Source of the DNA: Dehalococcoidia bacterium
GTDB lineage: Bacteria; Chloroflexota; Dehalococcoidia; Lucifugimonadales; VXLM01
Direction: 5' to 3'
Assembly: GCA_034421575.1 (NCBI GenBank)
Contig: DAOUKG010000049.1
Span: 31,928 to 95,927, forward strand
Length of the DNA stretch: 64,000 bases
Numbering within the stretch: the first letter of the stretch is position 1; each line of letters opens with the position of its first letter. This document shows, one piece after another, positions 1-9,357 of the stretch. The position numbers and the translations under genes were made by a program. Below the pieces are notes generated by a model. The model ran no database searches. It was not told the origin of the DNA and worked only from the letters and a program-made list of their open reading frames with translations.

Positions 1-207
1 TACAATGAAGGCGCTGGACGCAATAGCGACGACGATGGCGGCTTGGAGCACCACGTCGACGACCAGCAGAATCAGAAGGAGGGCCAGTGTGGACAGCGCG
101 CACTGGAAGAGGTAGTTCCTCCAGTGACGTCGGAACTTTCTGTCTATCAGCCGGCCTTCCAGCAGGAGGAAACGAACGGACCAGCGTTTGTCGATCTTGT
201 ACAGCAT
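1..207 (-). CDS. HPP-family-like integral membrane protein, N-terminal part (gene continues past the left edge)
   Basis: ATG at 207..205 opens a frame that stays open to base 1 (MLYKIDKRWSVRFLLLEGRLIDRKFRRHWRNYLFQCALSTLALLLILLVVDVVLQAAIVVAIASSAFIV). A basic N-terminus is followed by a TM helix and an A-S-S-A-F stretch reminiscent of HPP proteins. It is missing from the ORF track because it is truncated. Confidence 0.4.
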   Translation of the reverse strand, partial: MLYKIDKRWSVRFLLLEGRLIDRKFRRHWRNYLFQCALSTLALLLILLVVDVVLQAAIVVAIASSAFIV

Positions 208-406
208 GAGACCCGGTATTTTCTACGGCAACGGTAAATCTATCATAGGTTGGAGGAACACGCTCACCTTGATTCTTTGGTTTGATGGCGAAGATGATCC
301 TCGCCATCACGAAAGGGAGGAGTACGCCTCCAAAGCTATTACGAATTGAAGAGAATGCTCAAGGGGATTCGAGGTCTCTGTATGGGAACGGTTGGGACGG
401 CTACAA

Positions 407-436
407 TTGACATAGCTGCGGACGAATACCTAGAAT
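407..436 (+). promoter_or_regulatory. sigma70-like promoter (TTGACA - 18 nt - TAGAAT) for the K+ transporter operon leader
   Basis: TTGACA at 407..412 and TAGAAT at 431..436, read directly. It lies about 180 nt upstream of the trkH-like start. Confidence 0.5.
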
Positions 437-448
437 CCTACGTTGTAC

Positions 449-616
449 GCAGCCTCGACCGAACGAACGAGGGACTCCACTGAGCAGTTCATGGACTACG
501 CTTGAGGAGACTGGCCGCCGGCAGCGCGCACCATGGTACGCGTTCGTTTCGAGGGCGTTCACGACGCGCGGTGGAGATACCGGGTTTGTTCCCCGACCGC
601 TGATTCCGGCGCTTGC
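449..616 (+). promoter_or_regulatory. candidate c-di-AMP riboswitch (ydaO/kimA class) in the 5' leader of the K+ uptake operon
   Basis: The leader carries, in the expected order: ACGAGGGACUCCA (467..479), GAGGGCGUUCAC (551..562), GGUGGAGAUACC (570..581) and CCCCGACCGCUGAUUCCGG (591..609). These resemble the conserved ydaO blocks (ACGG(A/G)GGA(A/C)CC, GGGGU(G/U)AAUC, AGGGAUACC, CCCGAC(A)GCUAACUCCGG) as I recall them. A long-range complement exists between CGAACGAACG (461..470) and CGTTCGTTTCG (541..551). The element starts a few nt after the predicted TSS and ends at the TTG start codon. Confidence 0.45.
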
Positions 617-617
617 C

Positions 618-1901
618 TTGCTGGGGTTAACTCTCGTCGGCGCCACCGTGCTGCTGCTTCCGTTCAGTCACAGCGGCGGGGGCTTTGCCCCGATAATGGA
701 CGCGATCTTCGCCGCGACCTCGGCCACTACCACCACCGGACTGTCCACCCAAGATGTGACCACGTTCTGGACCTTGCCGGGCCAAGTTACGATTCTCGTC
801 CTCACTTTCCTTGGAGGACTGGGATTCACGGTGGCCGCCAGTCTCCTCTTGCTCAGGGCGGGACGGAGAATGGCATCGGCATTGGATGAGGACACCGGCG
901 ACGCCCCATCTCTGGGAAACGGAAAGCGCCTCGCCCTTCGAATCGCTCTCATCATTGTCGGGATACAGCTGCTCGGCTTCATCGCGCTCCTGGTGAGGTT
1001 CTCTTTCGTCGAGTCGATGTCCGACGCGGTTCCCAGAGCGCTGACGACGACTGTTCTTGGGTTCAACAACGCCGGGTTCATCGGCCTTCTCGATGTTGGA
1101 GAGGGTGAAGCACTGGGCGCCGACTGGGGAACGCTCGCAATTTTCGGAGTGCTGGCCGTGCTTGGGGCGGTGGGCTGCATTGTATTGCTGGACATAGGGC
1201 GAAAGAGACGACCGGCGAAGCTTTCTCTCAATACCAAGTTCGTGCTGGCCATGACGGGTCTCATAGCACTGCTCGGTACGGCTGCAATCCTCGCGTTCGA
1301 GTTTGATAACTCGGACACAATCGGAGATCTTGCCCTCGCAGACAAGGTGTCCATCTCCGCCTTTGAGGCAATCGCCGGAAGAACGTCGGGGATCACCACC
1401 GTTGACCATGCGGAAACCGAACAGCACACGAGCCTGCTGATGATGGGGCTAATGCTCGTGGGGGGCGCGTCCGCATCGACAGCCGGGGGGATCAAGGTGA
1501 ACACATTGACCGTGCTGTTGGTGGCCGTTCTCGCCGCACTCGGCGCAAGACGCGGCACGTCCATGTTCCAGCGGGAATTGTCGTTTGTCCAGGTAAAGCA
1601 CGCGATGACATTGTGCATCTTGATGCTCGGTTTGACCCTTTTGGCAGTGATACTCATCACCCTTTTGGAAAGGGGCCATGTGTCACCGTTCATCGACGTG
1701 ATGTTCGAGATGGTCTCGGCGGTCAGCTCCGCCGGGCTGAGCACGGGTCTTTCGTCTGAACTTTCCGTCTGGGGGAAACTGGTCATGACACTTGTCATGT
1801 TCGCCGGCCGCGTGCTCACTCTCACCGCGGCGCTGCTCATGATCGGCAATCTGAACCGGGTACGATATAGCTATGCGGTCGAGCGGGTGACCATCGGTTA
1901 G
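618..1901 (+). CDS. TrkH/KtrB family potassium uptake protein (membrane subunit)
   Basis: 427-aa multi-pass membrane ORF with repeated pore-loop-like motifs (ATSATTTTGLST, GASASTAGGIKVNT, VSAVSSAGLSTGLS). TTG start. An RCK gene follows. Confidence 0.9.
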   Translation: MLGLTLVGATVLLLPFSHSGGGFAPIMDAIFAATSATTTTGLSTQDVTTFWTLPGQVTILVLTFLGGLGFTVAASLLLLRAGRRMASALDEDTGDAPSLGNGKRLALRIALIIVGIQLLGFIALLVRFSFVESMSDAVPRALTTTVLGFNNAGFIGLLDVGEGEALGADWGTLAIFGVLAVLGAVGCIVLLDIGRKRRPAKLSLNTKFVLAMTGLIALLGTAAILAFEFDNSDTIGDLALADKVSISAFEAIAGRTSGITTVDHAETEQHTSLLMMGLMLVGGASASTAGGIKVNTLTVLLVAVLAALGARRGTSMFQRELSFVQVKHAMTLCILMLGLTLLAVILITLLERGHVSPFIDVMFEMVSAVSSAGLSTGLSSELSVWGKLVMTLVMFAGRVLTLTAALLMIGNLNRVRYSYAVERVTIG

Positions 1902-2036
1902 CGACAAAGACCAATCGAGGGCGCCGCCACGACATAGTTTCATTGGCGGCCAATCCGGTATAATTCATCCGTTCCATGCGTCTCTCGATTTCGGAATCGC
2001 AGGGTACGCCACTCTTCACCGGGGACCACGAGAACA

Positions 2037-2693
2037 ATGAAACAGCAAGTCGTCGTCATCGGTCTAGGCAGGTTCGGTTCGAGCGTAGCCAACTCGCTGT
2101 ATAACCTGGGTCACGACGTTCTCGCGATGGACGTGAACGAAGACCGGGTACAGAGCATGATGGGGCATGTGACCTTCCCGGTTACGGGCAACGCCGCCAA
2201 CGAGACGGTCCTCCGTGAGCTTGGGGTTCCGGACTATGAGGTGGCCGTAGTAGCCATCGGTTCCGACATCGTGGCGAGCGTCCTGTCGACGGTGAACCTC
2301 AAGAACATGGGCGTACCGTACGTGATTGCCCGCGCTCACGACGACCTGCACGGCAATACGCTGGAGCGCATCGGCGCGGACAAGGTAATTCACGCCGAGA
2401 CCGAGATGGGCACCCGGCTGGCGCACAACATGTTCAACCCCAACGTCCAGGAGTATCTCGAATTGGCGCCGAACTTCGGGTTCAGCCGCATTCGCGTGCC
2501 GGATGAGTACGCGGACAAGACCATTGACGAGGTCGATCTAACCGGTCCGAGAGACAAGTACGGCCTTGCAGTCGTAGCGATAAAGCGGGGAAGAGACATC
2601 ACGCTCAATCCCGACACGAGCGACCGGCTTCGGCCGGGGGACGTGCTGATTCTGGCGGGGCGGGACGAGCTATTGGACCGTCTGCCCACCTGA
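2037..2693 (+). CDS. TrkA/KtrA family potassium uptake protein (RCK N + C domains)
   Basis: VVVIGLGRFGSSVA Rossmann motif at the N-terminus, with a C-terminal TrkA-C-like segment (GDVLILAGRDELL). At 218 aa it is KtrA-sized. Confidence 0.9.
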   Translation: MKQQVVVIGLGRFGSSVANSLYNLGHDVLAMDVNEDRVQSMMGHVTFPVTGNAANETVLRELGVPDYEVAVVAIGSDIVASVLSTVNLKNMGVPYVIARAHDDLHGNTLERIGADKVIHAETEMGTRLAHNMFNPNVQEYLELAPNFGFSRIRVPDEYADKTIDEVDLTGPRDKYGLAVVAIKRGRDITLNPDTSDRLRPGDVLILAGRDELLDRLPT

Positions 2694-2754
2694 TGGCCGG
2701 CTCGCGAGAGCTAACCGGCCACACCATGATGATTGACAGGGTGCTGATTTTCCA

Positions 2755-3225
2755 TTGCTGAGACTGAGGAATCGGGATGGCATCGCGATCAAATCGGCGC
2801 TAGTCGCCGTCTCCGGCGGCCCTGTGGACGAGTTTGCCGTTCGTTACGCCGCCCAGATGGTGGAGTCCCAGCGGGGGAGCCTCTACGTGGTCCACGTGAT
2901 AGAAGTGGACCGCGGCCTGCCGGTGGACTCAGAGCTGCCCTTTCACACGAGCCGGGCCGACGATTTGCTGGACAGGATGGAACGCGCGGCAGACTCGTTC
3001 AAATGCAAGGTCTATCCCGAGCTGCTTCAGGCGCGCCGCGCGGGACACGCGATTGTCAATGAAGCGGCAGAGAGGGATGTTGACGTGATCGTGGTCGGGA
3101 TACCCTACAAGACGAAGTACAGCAAATTCACCATGGGAGACGCGGTCCCCTACGTTCTCGAACATGCGCCGTGCCGGGTCCTTCTCTGGCGGGGGGAGAT
3201 CCCCGAAGAACCGCATCACGAATGA
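2755..3225 (+). CDS. universal stress protein (UspA family)
   Basis: USP layout: ALVAVSGGP...YVVHVIEV...DVDVIVVGIPYKTK...APCRVLLW. The TTG start is uncertain. Confidence 0.8.
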   Translation: MLRLRNRDGIAIKSALVAVSGGPVDEFAVRYAAQMVESQRGSLYVVHVIEVDRGLPVDSELPFHTSRADDLLDRMERAADSFKCKVYPELLQARRAGHAIVNEAAERDVDVIVVGIPYKTKYSKFTMGDAVPYVLEHAPCRVLLWRGEIPEEPHHE

Positions 3226-3268
3226 ACGACACAAAACCATAGGGACAGGACCGACGTTCAATAGTTCA

Positions 3269-3706
3269 ATGATAGACAGGCCGTTACTTGGACCGAACCA
3301 TATCCTGATCGTGGGCTGCGGCGAACTCGGAGCGACCATTGCGAGAGAACTCGTCGAGCACGGCAACACCGTCCACGTGTTGGATAGGACTCCGCGAGCG
3401 TTCGAGCGTCTGCCCGAAACGGCTGTGGAAGAGGGTCGAATTCTCCCCTTTGCAGGTGACGGCGCCTCTCACCAGGACCTCATACGGGCGGGCATTCGAG
3501 ACGTGGACGTGTTCATGTCCCTCATGTCCAGCGATACCGCCAATATCCTTTCCGCGCAGGCTGCAAAGCAGGTATTCGGCGTCGAGGTCGTGGTCTGCCG
3601 TGTGGATGATCGAGACTTGCAGGGCATGTACGAGGAGATGGGCCTGATCGCGATCGGCGCGACATCGCTGCTCGTAGATGTTGCAGTTCAATCGGCGACG
3701 GCTTAG
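3269..3706 (+). CDS. TrkA-N (RCK N-terminal, NAD-binding) domain protein
   Basis: HILIVGCGELGATIARELVEHG Rossmann motif. I chose the ATG at 3269 because the longer ORF from 3164 overlaps the usp gene. There is no TrkA-C domain. Confidence 0.75.
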   Translation: MIDRPLLGPNHILIVGCGELGATIARELVEHGNTVHVLDRTPRAFERLPETAVEEGRILPFAGDGASHQDLIRAGIRDVDVFMSLMSSDTANILSAQAAKQVFGVEVVVCRVDDRDLQGMYEEMGLIAIGATSLLVDVAVQSATA

Positions 3707-3721
3707 TCAAGGAATTCGCAG

Positions 3722-4399
3722 ATGCACGTTGTAGTGGTGGGAGCCGACAGGATGGGACGGGCCGTATCCCGCTGGCTGCTTGCGGGAGGCCATGAGATCG
3801 CAGTCGTCGACGCCAGCCGAAAGAAGTGCAGAGCCGTCGATGAGGCCTTTGGCAGCGTCTCCGTACTCGGAAGCAGCGTCGACCGAACAGTCCTTGCCAG
3901 AGCCGGCGCAAACCGGGCGGACCTGCTCATCGCGACGGGGAATGACGACGGAGTGAACCTCGTCACCTGCCAGATTGCCAAGCATCGCTTCGACATACCG
4001 ACGACCATATCGGTCGTCACGCGTTCCGACCATGTCGAGCTCTTCAATCTCCTCGGTGTAGACGTCGCAGTGGACGTTCCCGACCTCATCCTCAACCAGA
4101 TACAGGAGGGCGTTGCCTCCCACGGCATTACGCACCTGAAACCGCTGCCTGCAGACGGAACGGAGCGGTCATTAGTGTCGATTCACATTTCCGGCGCGTT
4201 CGGAACCGATGGGCGTCGACTCGATACGTTCCCGTTCCCCGAAGGCACGCTCCCCTCCCTGATAATCACGCGCGAGGGCACTCCCATGCTGCCCACCGGA
4301 GACATGGAAGTGAGGGCGGGCGATGAGATCATTGCCGTCACCACGGCACAGGGAGAGGACGAACTGCGTGACCTGCTCGCGACCGGCCCACCTGTGTGA
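3722..4399 (+). CDS. TrkA family protein (RCK N + C domains)
   Basis: MHVVVVGADRMGRAVSRWLLAGGHEIAVVD Rossmann motif. C-terminal TrkA-C-like segment (GDEIIAVTTAQGEDEL). AAGGA lies upstream of the ATG. Confidence 0.85.
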   Translation: MHVVVVGADRMGRAVSRWLLAGGHEIAVVDASRKKCRAVDEAFGSVSVLGSSVDRTVLARAGANRADLLIATGNDDGVNLVTCQIAKHRFDIPTTISVVTRSDHVELFNLLGVDVAVDVPDLILNQIQEGVASHGITHLKPLPADGTERSLVSIHISGAFGTDGRRLDTFPFPEGTLPSLIITREGTPMLPTGDMEVRAGDEIIAVTTAQGEDELRDLLATGPPV

Positions 4400-4446
4400 G
4401 CACCAAGAGGTCTTTCACGCAATGAAGTCAAGTCGTTGAATAGCCG

Positions 4447-4899
4447 ATGAACGAAGGAGGACGCATGTCGAGTCAAGCTTCCATAAAGCTGAACTGGGAA
4501 GAGAATTGGAAGTTCACCGCCTCGGATGACTACGGCCACAAGGTCACGGTTGACGCGCCGATGAGGGACGGGGACGAGTTCGACGGCTTCAAGCCAACGC
4601 ACCTGATGATGAGCGCCTTGGGAGCGTGCACCGGAGTCGACGTGGTCAGCATATTGCAGAAGAAACGGCAGGACGTTTCCGGGGTGGAGATACAGGTGAC
4701 CGGCACACAGGAAGACGAGTGGCCCAAGGAGTGGACGGCGTTCAACGTTCACTACGTGGTGAGTGGCCGGGGAGTGGACGAGAAGGCCGTTCACCGGGCG
4801 ATTGAGCTTTCCGAGGGGAAGTACTGCTCCGTCGGCGCGACGCTGAAGGGCACCGCGACGATAACCACGTCGTTCGAGATCGTGGAGGACGGCGGGTAG
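4447..4899 (+). CDS. OsmC family peroxiredoxin-like protein
   Basis: OsmC two-Cys pattern (SALGACTGVDVVSIL ... GKYCSVGATL). An alternative start at ATG 4465 is preceded by AAGGAGG. Confidence 0.85.
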   Translation: MNEGGRMSSQASIKLNWEENWKFTASDDYGHKVTVDAPMRDGDEFDGFKPTHLMMSALGACTGVDVVSILQKKRQDVSGVEIQVTGTQEDEWPKEWTAFNVHYVVSGRGVDEKAVHRAIELSEGKYCSVGATLKGTATITTSFEIVEDGG

Positions 4900-5186
4900 C
4901 GTCGATTCCCCACGATTCTGGCAGCTTACTCAAAACACCCTCACCCCCGCCTCGAGTACGGGGCAGGCCCCAGCTCTCTCCCACGACGGGCTTAGCACAC
5001 GGCACCTCTTCCGACAGGTACAAACGAGTTGCCCACTTGCGGAAAGTCAGCGCCCGAACTCGAGGTTTTGGAAGCTGACACGGCTTGCTCCTCATCGCAG
5101 ATCCGGCCTCCCTCCAAAAGGCGTCGCGCATTAAGCCCATGACGGGAGAGGGGTAAATCAGAGGTCTCCCCAACGGCAGAAGCTCT

Positions 5187-6278
5187 TTACAGATGCCGTT
5201 CGAGGCGGGGGACTTGGAGCTCGGCGGCGAGGTGGTCAAAGTACTCTACGACTTCGCGGTGGAGGGGGATGCCGTTGGCGCGGCGGTCCTGCTCGTGCTC
5301 GTACTCTGAGAGGCCGGCGTAGAAGACGCGGTCGTGGCCGGGGGCCGGTTCGGCCTCGCGGAGGGCCTTCAGGACGCCGTCCATGTTGTCCTTGAACTCG
5401 TCGAGGTCGGCGAAGGCCTCGATGTCGAAGGCCATGAATACGTGCTCGCCGCTTATCTCGCCCGTCAGCATGGTTGGGCGCTCGCCGGGCATGAGGGTGC
5501 TCATGATCATTACCATCATGGCGAGGCCGTATGCTTTGTGGGAGCCCAGCTCGCGGGTGCCGGCGAAGGGGAGCATGGGCGGATCGTCGGAGTCGGGCGG
5601 GTCGATCTCGCGCATGGTTGGGGTTCCTTCGTCGTCCGCGAGCCAACCGGGAAGGAGCTTGACGCCCATGCGCTGGGCGAGCCTGATCTTGTTCTGGGCG
5701 ACGCCGGTCATGGCGGCATCGAAGATGAAGGGGGCCTCGTTGCGGGCGGGGGCGGCGAATCCAATGGGGTTCGTGCCGAGCATTCCCCTGGCGGCAAAGG
5801 TGGGGACCATGCGCGAGCCGCCGGTGGTGAGGACGAGTCCGAGCATGTCCTGGCGGGCGGCGGTCATGGCGTGGACTCCAAGCGCGCCGGAGTGTCCGGC
5901 GTTGATGAGGGAGACGTAGCCTACGCCGACGTTTCTCGCCTTCTCGACGGCGAGGTTCATGGCCGTGCGACCGAGGATGATGGCGAGGCCCTGGTCAGCG
6001 TCGATGACGGCGGTGGCGGGGGTCTCTCGCAGGACGCGCCACTGCGGGTCTGCCTTGATGCGGCCGTCGCCGTAGCGCTCGACGTAGACCTTGACCATGT
6101 TGGAAACGCCGTGGCTCTCGACGCCCCAGAGGTCGGCGGTGACGAGGGTCTCGACGGCTGCGTCGACGTTGTCGGGCGGCTCGCCCATCTTGGCGAAGAT
6201 GGCGGAGAGGGTATGGCGGAGGGACTCGTGGGGGACGCGGACCTGGTGTTCGGTGGGTACTTTGAAGCGTTCGAGCAT
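5187..6278 (-). CDS. Ldh_2 family oxidoreductase (malate/L-lactate/sulfolactate dehydrogenase-like)
   Basis: 363 aa. GVESHGVSNM and NPIGFAAP motifs are typical of the Ldh_2 family. Confidence 0.85.
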   Translation of the reverse strand: MLERFKVPTEHQVRVPHESLRHTLSAIFAKMGEPPDNVDAAVETLVTADLWGVESHGVSNMVKVYVERYGDGRIKADPQWRVLRETPATAVIDADQGLAIILGRTAMNLAVEKARNVGVGYVSLINAGHSGALGVHAMTAARQDMLGLVLTTGGSRMVPTFAARGMLGTNPIGFAAPARNEAPFIFDAAMTGVAQNKIRLAQRMGVKLLPGWLADDEGTPTMREIDPPDSDDPPMLPFAGTRELGSHKAYGLAMMVMIMSTLMPGERPTMLTGEISGEHVFMAFDIEAFADLDEFKDNMDGVLKALREAEPAPGHDRVFYAGLSEYEHEQDRRANGIPLHREVVEYFDHLAAELQVPRLERHL

Positions 6279-6349
6279 CTTTTGTGTTTTTGTATAGGGG
6301 GTTGGGGTTGGAGGGTGGCGGTGGGGATTATACAGGATGTGGAGGGTTG

Positions 6350-6790
6350 GGCTGCCCTTCGACAGGCTCAGGGCGAACGGTAAAGGGTGGGCGAGGAGGA
6401 TTCACCGCAGAGGGCGCGGAGGGGGGATTCACCACAGAGGGCACAGAGATCACGGAGAGGAAATAAGAGATGGATTCCCGCCTACGCGGGAATGACGGAA
6501 TTGGGGTTCGGCGCGGAGGGCGCGGAGTGGGGAGAAAGGGGGGAGGCGTTGGAGTGCCCTTCGACAGGCTCAGGGCGAACGAGGGGAAGGGCGTGGGGGA
6601 TTCACCGCAGAGGGCGCGGAGGGGGGATTCACCACAGAGGGCACAGAGATCACGGAGAGGAAATAAGAGATGGATTCCCGCCTACGCGAGAATGACGGAA
6701 TTGGGGTTCGGCGCGGAGTGCGCGGAGAGGGGAGGAAGGGGTGAGGTGGTGGGCTGCCCTTCGACAGGATCAGGGCGAACGGTAATGGGT
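6350..6790. repeat. tandem direct repeat, period about 210 bp, about 2.1 copies, built from hairpin modules
   Basis: 6391..6520 is almost identical to 6601..6730 (GATTCACCGCAGAGGGCGCGGAGGGGGGATTCACCACAGAGGGCACAGAGATCACGGAGAGGAAATAAGAGATGGATTCCCGCCTACGCG(G/A)GAATGACGG...). CCCTTCGACAGG(C/A)TCAGGGCGAACG occurs near 6355, 6557 and 6757. Confidence 0.9.
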
Positions 6791-7000
6791 GAGGCGTTCT
6801 AATGACTGTCGGAACCCCCTCTCTGTATCTCTCCCCCGGCGGGGGAGAGATTGTGGTTGTCTGTATCTCTGTCCCAGCGGGGGAGAGATTGATTTGCGGT
6901 ACAACCCTCACCCTAGCCCTCTCCCGCGACGGGAGAGGGGATAGGTCGCCCTCTCTTCTGCTCTCTGCGACGACGGGAGAGGGGGCATTTGGTTGGCTTT

Positions 7001-7999
7001 TCAGCGCCAGCGGATTACTGCGCCGAGGATGTCGGTGTCGCCCTGGTCGAGGCGGTGGTAGACGGTGGGGAGGTCTTGCCAGTTGAATTGGTGGGTGATC
7101 ATTGGGTCGACGGGGAGGGAGCCGTTGGCGATGAGGCGGGCTGTGAGCTTCATGGAGTTCATGCGGTCCCAGCGGAGGTCGGTTGGGCGGTAGCCGAGCG
7201 ATGCGCGGAGGGTGTAGCGGGTGGTCATGTAGGGGTGGCCGACAGGGTTGAATGTGGGGGAGTCGGTGTGTCGGGCGACGACGACGACGTTGCCGTCCTG
7301 CCGGACGATTTCGAGCGAGGTCTGGATGGCGGGCCAGGCGGAGGCGGTCTCGAGGACGAGGTCTGCGCCGCGGCCGTCGAAGTAGTCGATGACCTGCCGG
7401 GTGAGGTCGTCGTCCGCGGGGTCGAGGACGAGGTCGGCTCCCATGGCGGTGGCGACCTTTCTGCGGCTCTCGCTGTAGTCGATGCCGACGGTGCGGAAGC
7501 CGAATGCGGAGCAGTAGGCGATGGCCGAGAGGCCGATGACGCCGAGTCCGACTATGGCGACGTTCTCGCCCGGCTGCGGTTCGCCGTGGCGGAGTCCAAG
7601 CTGGCCGACTCCGAGGATGTTGAGGAAGACCCCCTGCTCGTCGGTCACAGCGTCGGGGAGCTTGAGGGCGTCGCGCGCCGGGGTGATGGCGTACTCCTTG
7701 TGGGTACCGGCGCAGAAGACGCGGTCGCCGACGCTGAAGTCGTCAACGTCCGAGCCTACTTGGGCGACCTCGCCGACCATGGAGTAGCCGTTTTCGATGG
7801 GGCCGTCGGGGAAGCGGACGCCGCCGTGGAGCCACTCGCCGTCCTCGTCGACGGGGATGTAGCGGTAGACGCGGATCTCCGTGCCGGTGCTGACGGCGGT
7901 GACGTTTGCGCGTACGAGCAGGCCGTCGGGGGGGCACTTTGGGATGTCTACGTCGTCGAAGCTCGCCTGCCTGGGGCCGGTGATTACGAGTCGTTTCAA
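7001..7999 (-). CDS. zinc-type alcohol dehydrogenase / MDR superfamily oxidoreductase
   Basis: 332 aa with a GroES-like N-terminus (GYSMVGEVAQVGSDVDDFSVGDRV) and the Rossmann motif GENVAIVGLGVIGL. Confidence 0.85.
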   Translation of the reverse strand: MKRLVITGPRQASFDDVDIPKCPPDGLLVRANVTAVSTGTEIRVYRYIPVDEDGEWLHGGVRFPDGPIENGYSMVGEVAQVGSDVDDFSVGDRVFCAGTHKEYAITPARDALKLPDAVTDEQGVFLNILGVGQLGLRHGEPQPGENVAIVGLGVIGLSAIAYCSAFGFRTVGIDYSESRRKVATAMGADLVLDPADDDLTRQVIDYFDGRGADLVLETASAWPAIQTSLEIVRQDGNVVVVARHTDSPTFNPVGHPYMTTRYTLRASLGYRPTDLRWDRMNSMKLTARLIANGSLPVDPMITHQFNWQDLPTVYHRLDQGDTDILGAVIRWR

Positions 8000-8435
8000 T
8001 TGATGCCTCCGGGGTGGTGGTGAGGTGCATTATAGCGGTGGGGCCGAAGAAAGTAGAAAGTATTGCGTAGGCGAGAGACGGATACATCGTACCTTGCGGA
8101 AGGGGGGATTCGGCGCGGAGGGCGCGGAGAGCGCGGGGAGGAAAAGGGGTTTTTGCCCTCACCCTAGCCCTCTCCCACGACGGGAGAGGGGATTAGATTC
8201 CCGCCCCGTATCGTGGTACGGGGTGACGTTCTTTCGCGGGAATGACGGGTGGGCTGTAAGTGTTCAGTCTTGGTGAGGGGAACCGCGCCTCACACAAGGG
8301 CGGTTCGCGAACCGCCCCTACGTGTTGGGACAAATTCAGTCGAAGTCGCACATAGATATCATTAACTCTGAACGGTTATCGGCGAGACACGGATGTGTGG
8401 GGTAAGATTCGCACGGTGATGACGAGGAGGGTGTT

Positions 8436-9308
8436 ATGGGACTAACGGTAGTGAGCTGGAATATTGCCAAGAGGCACGCGCCTTGGTGTGAGTTGGTGGG
8501 GATGGGTGCGGATGTGGCTCTGCTGCAGGAGGCGGGGCCGCCGCCGGAGGGTGTAGGCCCGCTGGACATTGGGCCGCGAGAGGCGTGGGACTCTCATTCT
8601 TGGAATTCGGACTGGTGGCACGGGCGCGGCTGGAAGGCTCTGTTCGACCGTTGGCCTATGGTGGTGAAGCTGTCGGACCGGGTGGAGGTTGAGTGGTTCA
8701 AGCAGGTCAGCCCGGTATGGGGCGGTGAGCCGGATGAGATCGAAGTGAGCGGAGTTGGGACGATAACGGCGGCGCGTGTGACGCCGAGGGACGGCTCGAC
8801 TGAGCCGTTCATTGCAGTTTCGATGTATGGGCGGTGGTTGGGCCCGCATCCCACCGCAACCGGAGACTGGATCTACTCCGACGCTTCCGCTCACCGCATC
8901 ATTTCCGACTTGTCGACATTCATTGGTTATTACGACCGCCCGTCAGAGCATCGCATATTGGCGGCCGGGGACTTGAACATGTCGTTCAACAGCACTGATG
9001 AATTCGATCATCGGGCGCAGACCGTTCTGGACCGGTTCCAAGCACTGGGGTTGAATTACATGGGGCCCCAATATCCCGCCGGCCGCCGAGCCGACCCCAT
9101 ACCCGCGCACCTGAACGAAGAGTCTCTGGACGTTCCCACCTACTACCATGTGCCGTCGAACACTCCAGCCGGGGCCTCCACCCAGCTTGATCACGTCTTC
9201 GTCTCACGAGGGTTTCACGAAGATGTCCAGACGAGAGCGCTGAACGAGGTCGATGAGTGGGGAGCGAGCGACCACTGCCGGGTGCTGATCGAGATTGGGG
9301 AGGGATAG
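8436..9308 (+). CDS. endonuclease/exonuclease/phosphatase (EEP) family protein
   Basis: VVSWNI...DVALLQE...AAGDLNM...LDHVFVS...SDHCRVLIEI are the canonical EEP catalytic blocks. GAGGAGGG lies upstream. There is no signal peptide. Confidence 0.85.
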   Translation: MGLTVVSWNIAKRHAPWCELVGMGADVALLQEAGPPPEGVGPLDIGPREAWDSHSWNSDWWHGRGWKALFDRWPMVVKLSDRVEVEWFKQVSPVWGGEPDEIEVSGVGTITAARVTPRDGSTEPFIAVSMYGRWLGPHPTATGDWIYSDASAHRIISDLSTFIGYYDRPSEHRILAAGDLNMSFNSTDEFDHRAQTVLDRFQALGLNYMGPQYPAGRRADPIPAHLNEESLDVPTYYHVPSNTPAGASTQLDHVFVSRGFHEDVQTRALNEVDEWGASDHCRVLIEIGEG

Positions 9309-9357
9309 GGGGTTGGGGGTTGCGCCGTGATCAACACTTGAGGCGTTGGCATCAGCG

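Noticed and set aside
5334-6383. 349-aa plus-strand ORF
   Set aside because: It is antisense to the well-supported Ldh_2 gene. Its Gly/Val/Asp/His/Ala-rich translation has no motifs and is a typical shadow ORF of GC-rich DNA. The same reasoning applies to 6989..8023, 14933..16120, 21591..22835, 23464..24297, 24707..25615, 28043..29065, 34289..36040, 46403..47392 and 49601..50587.
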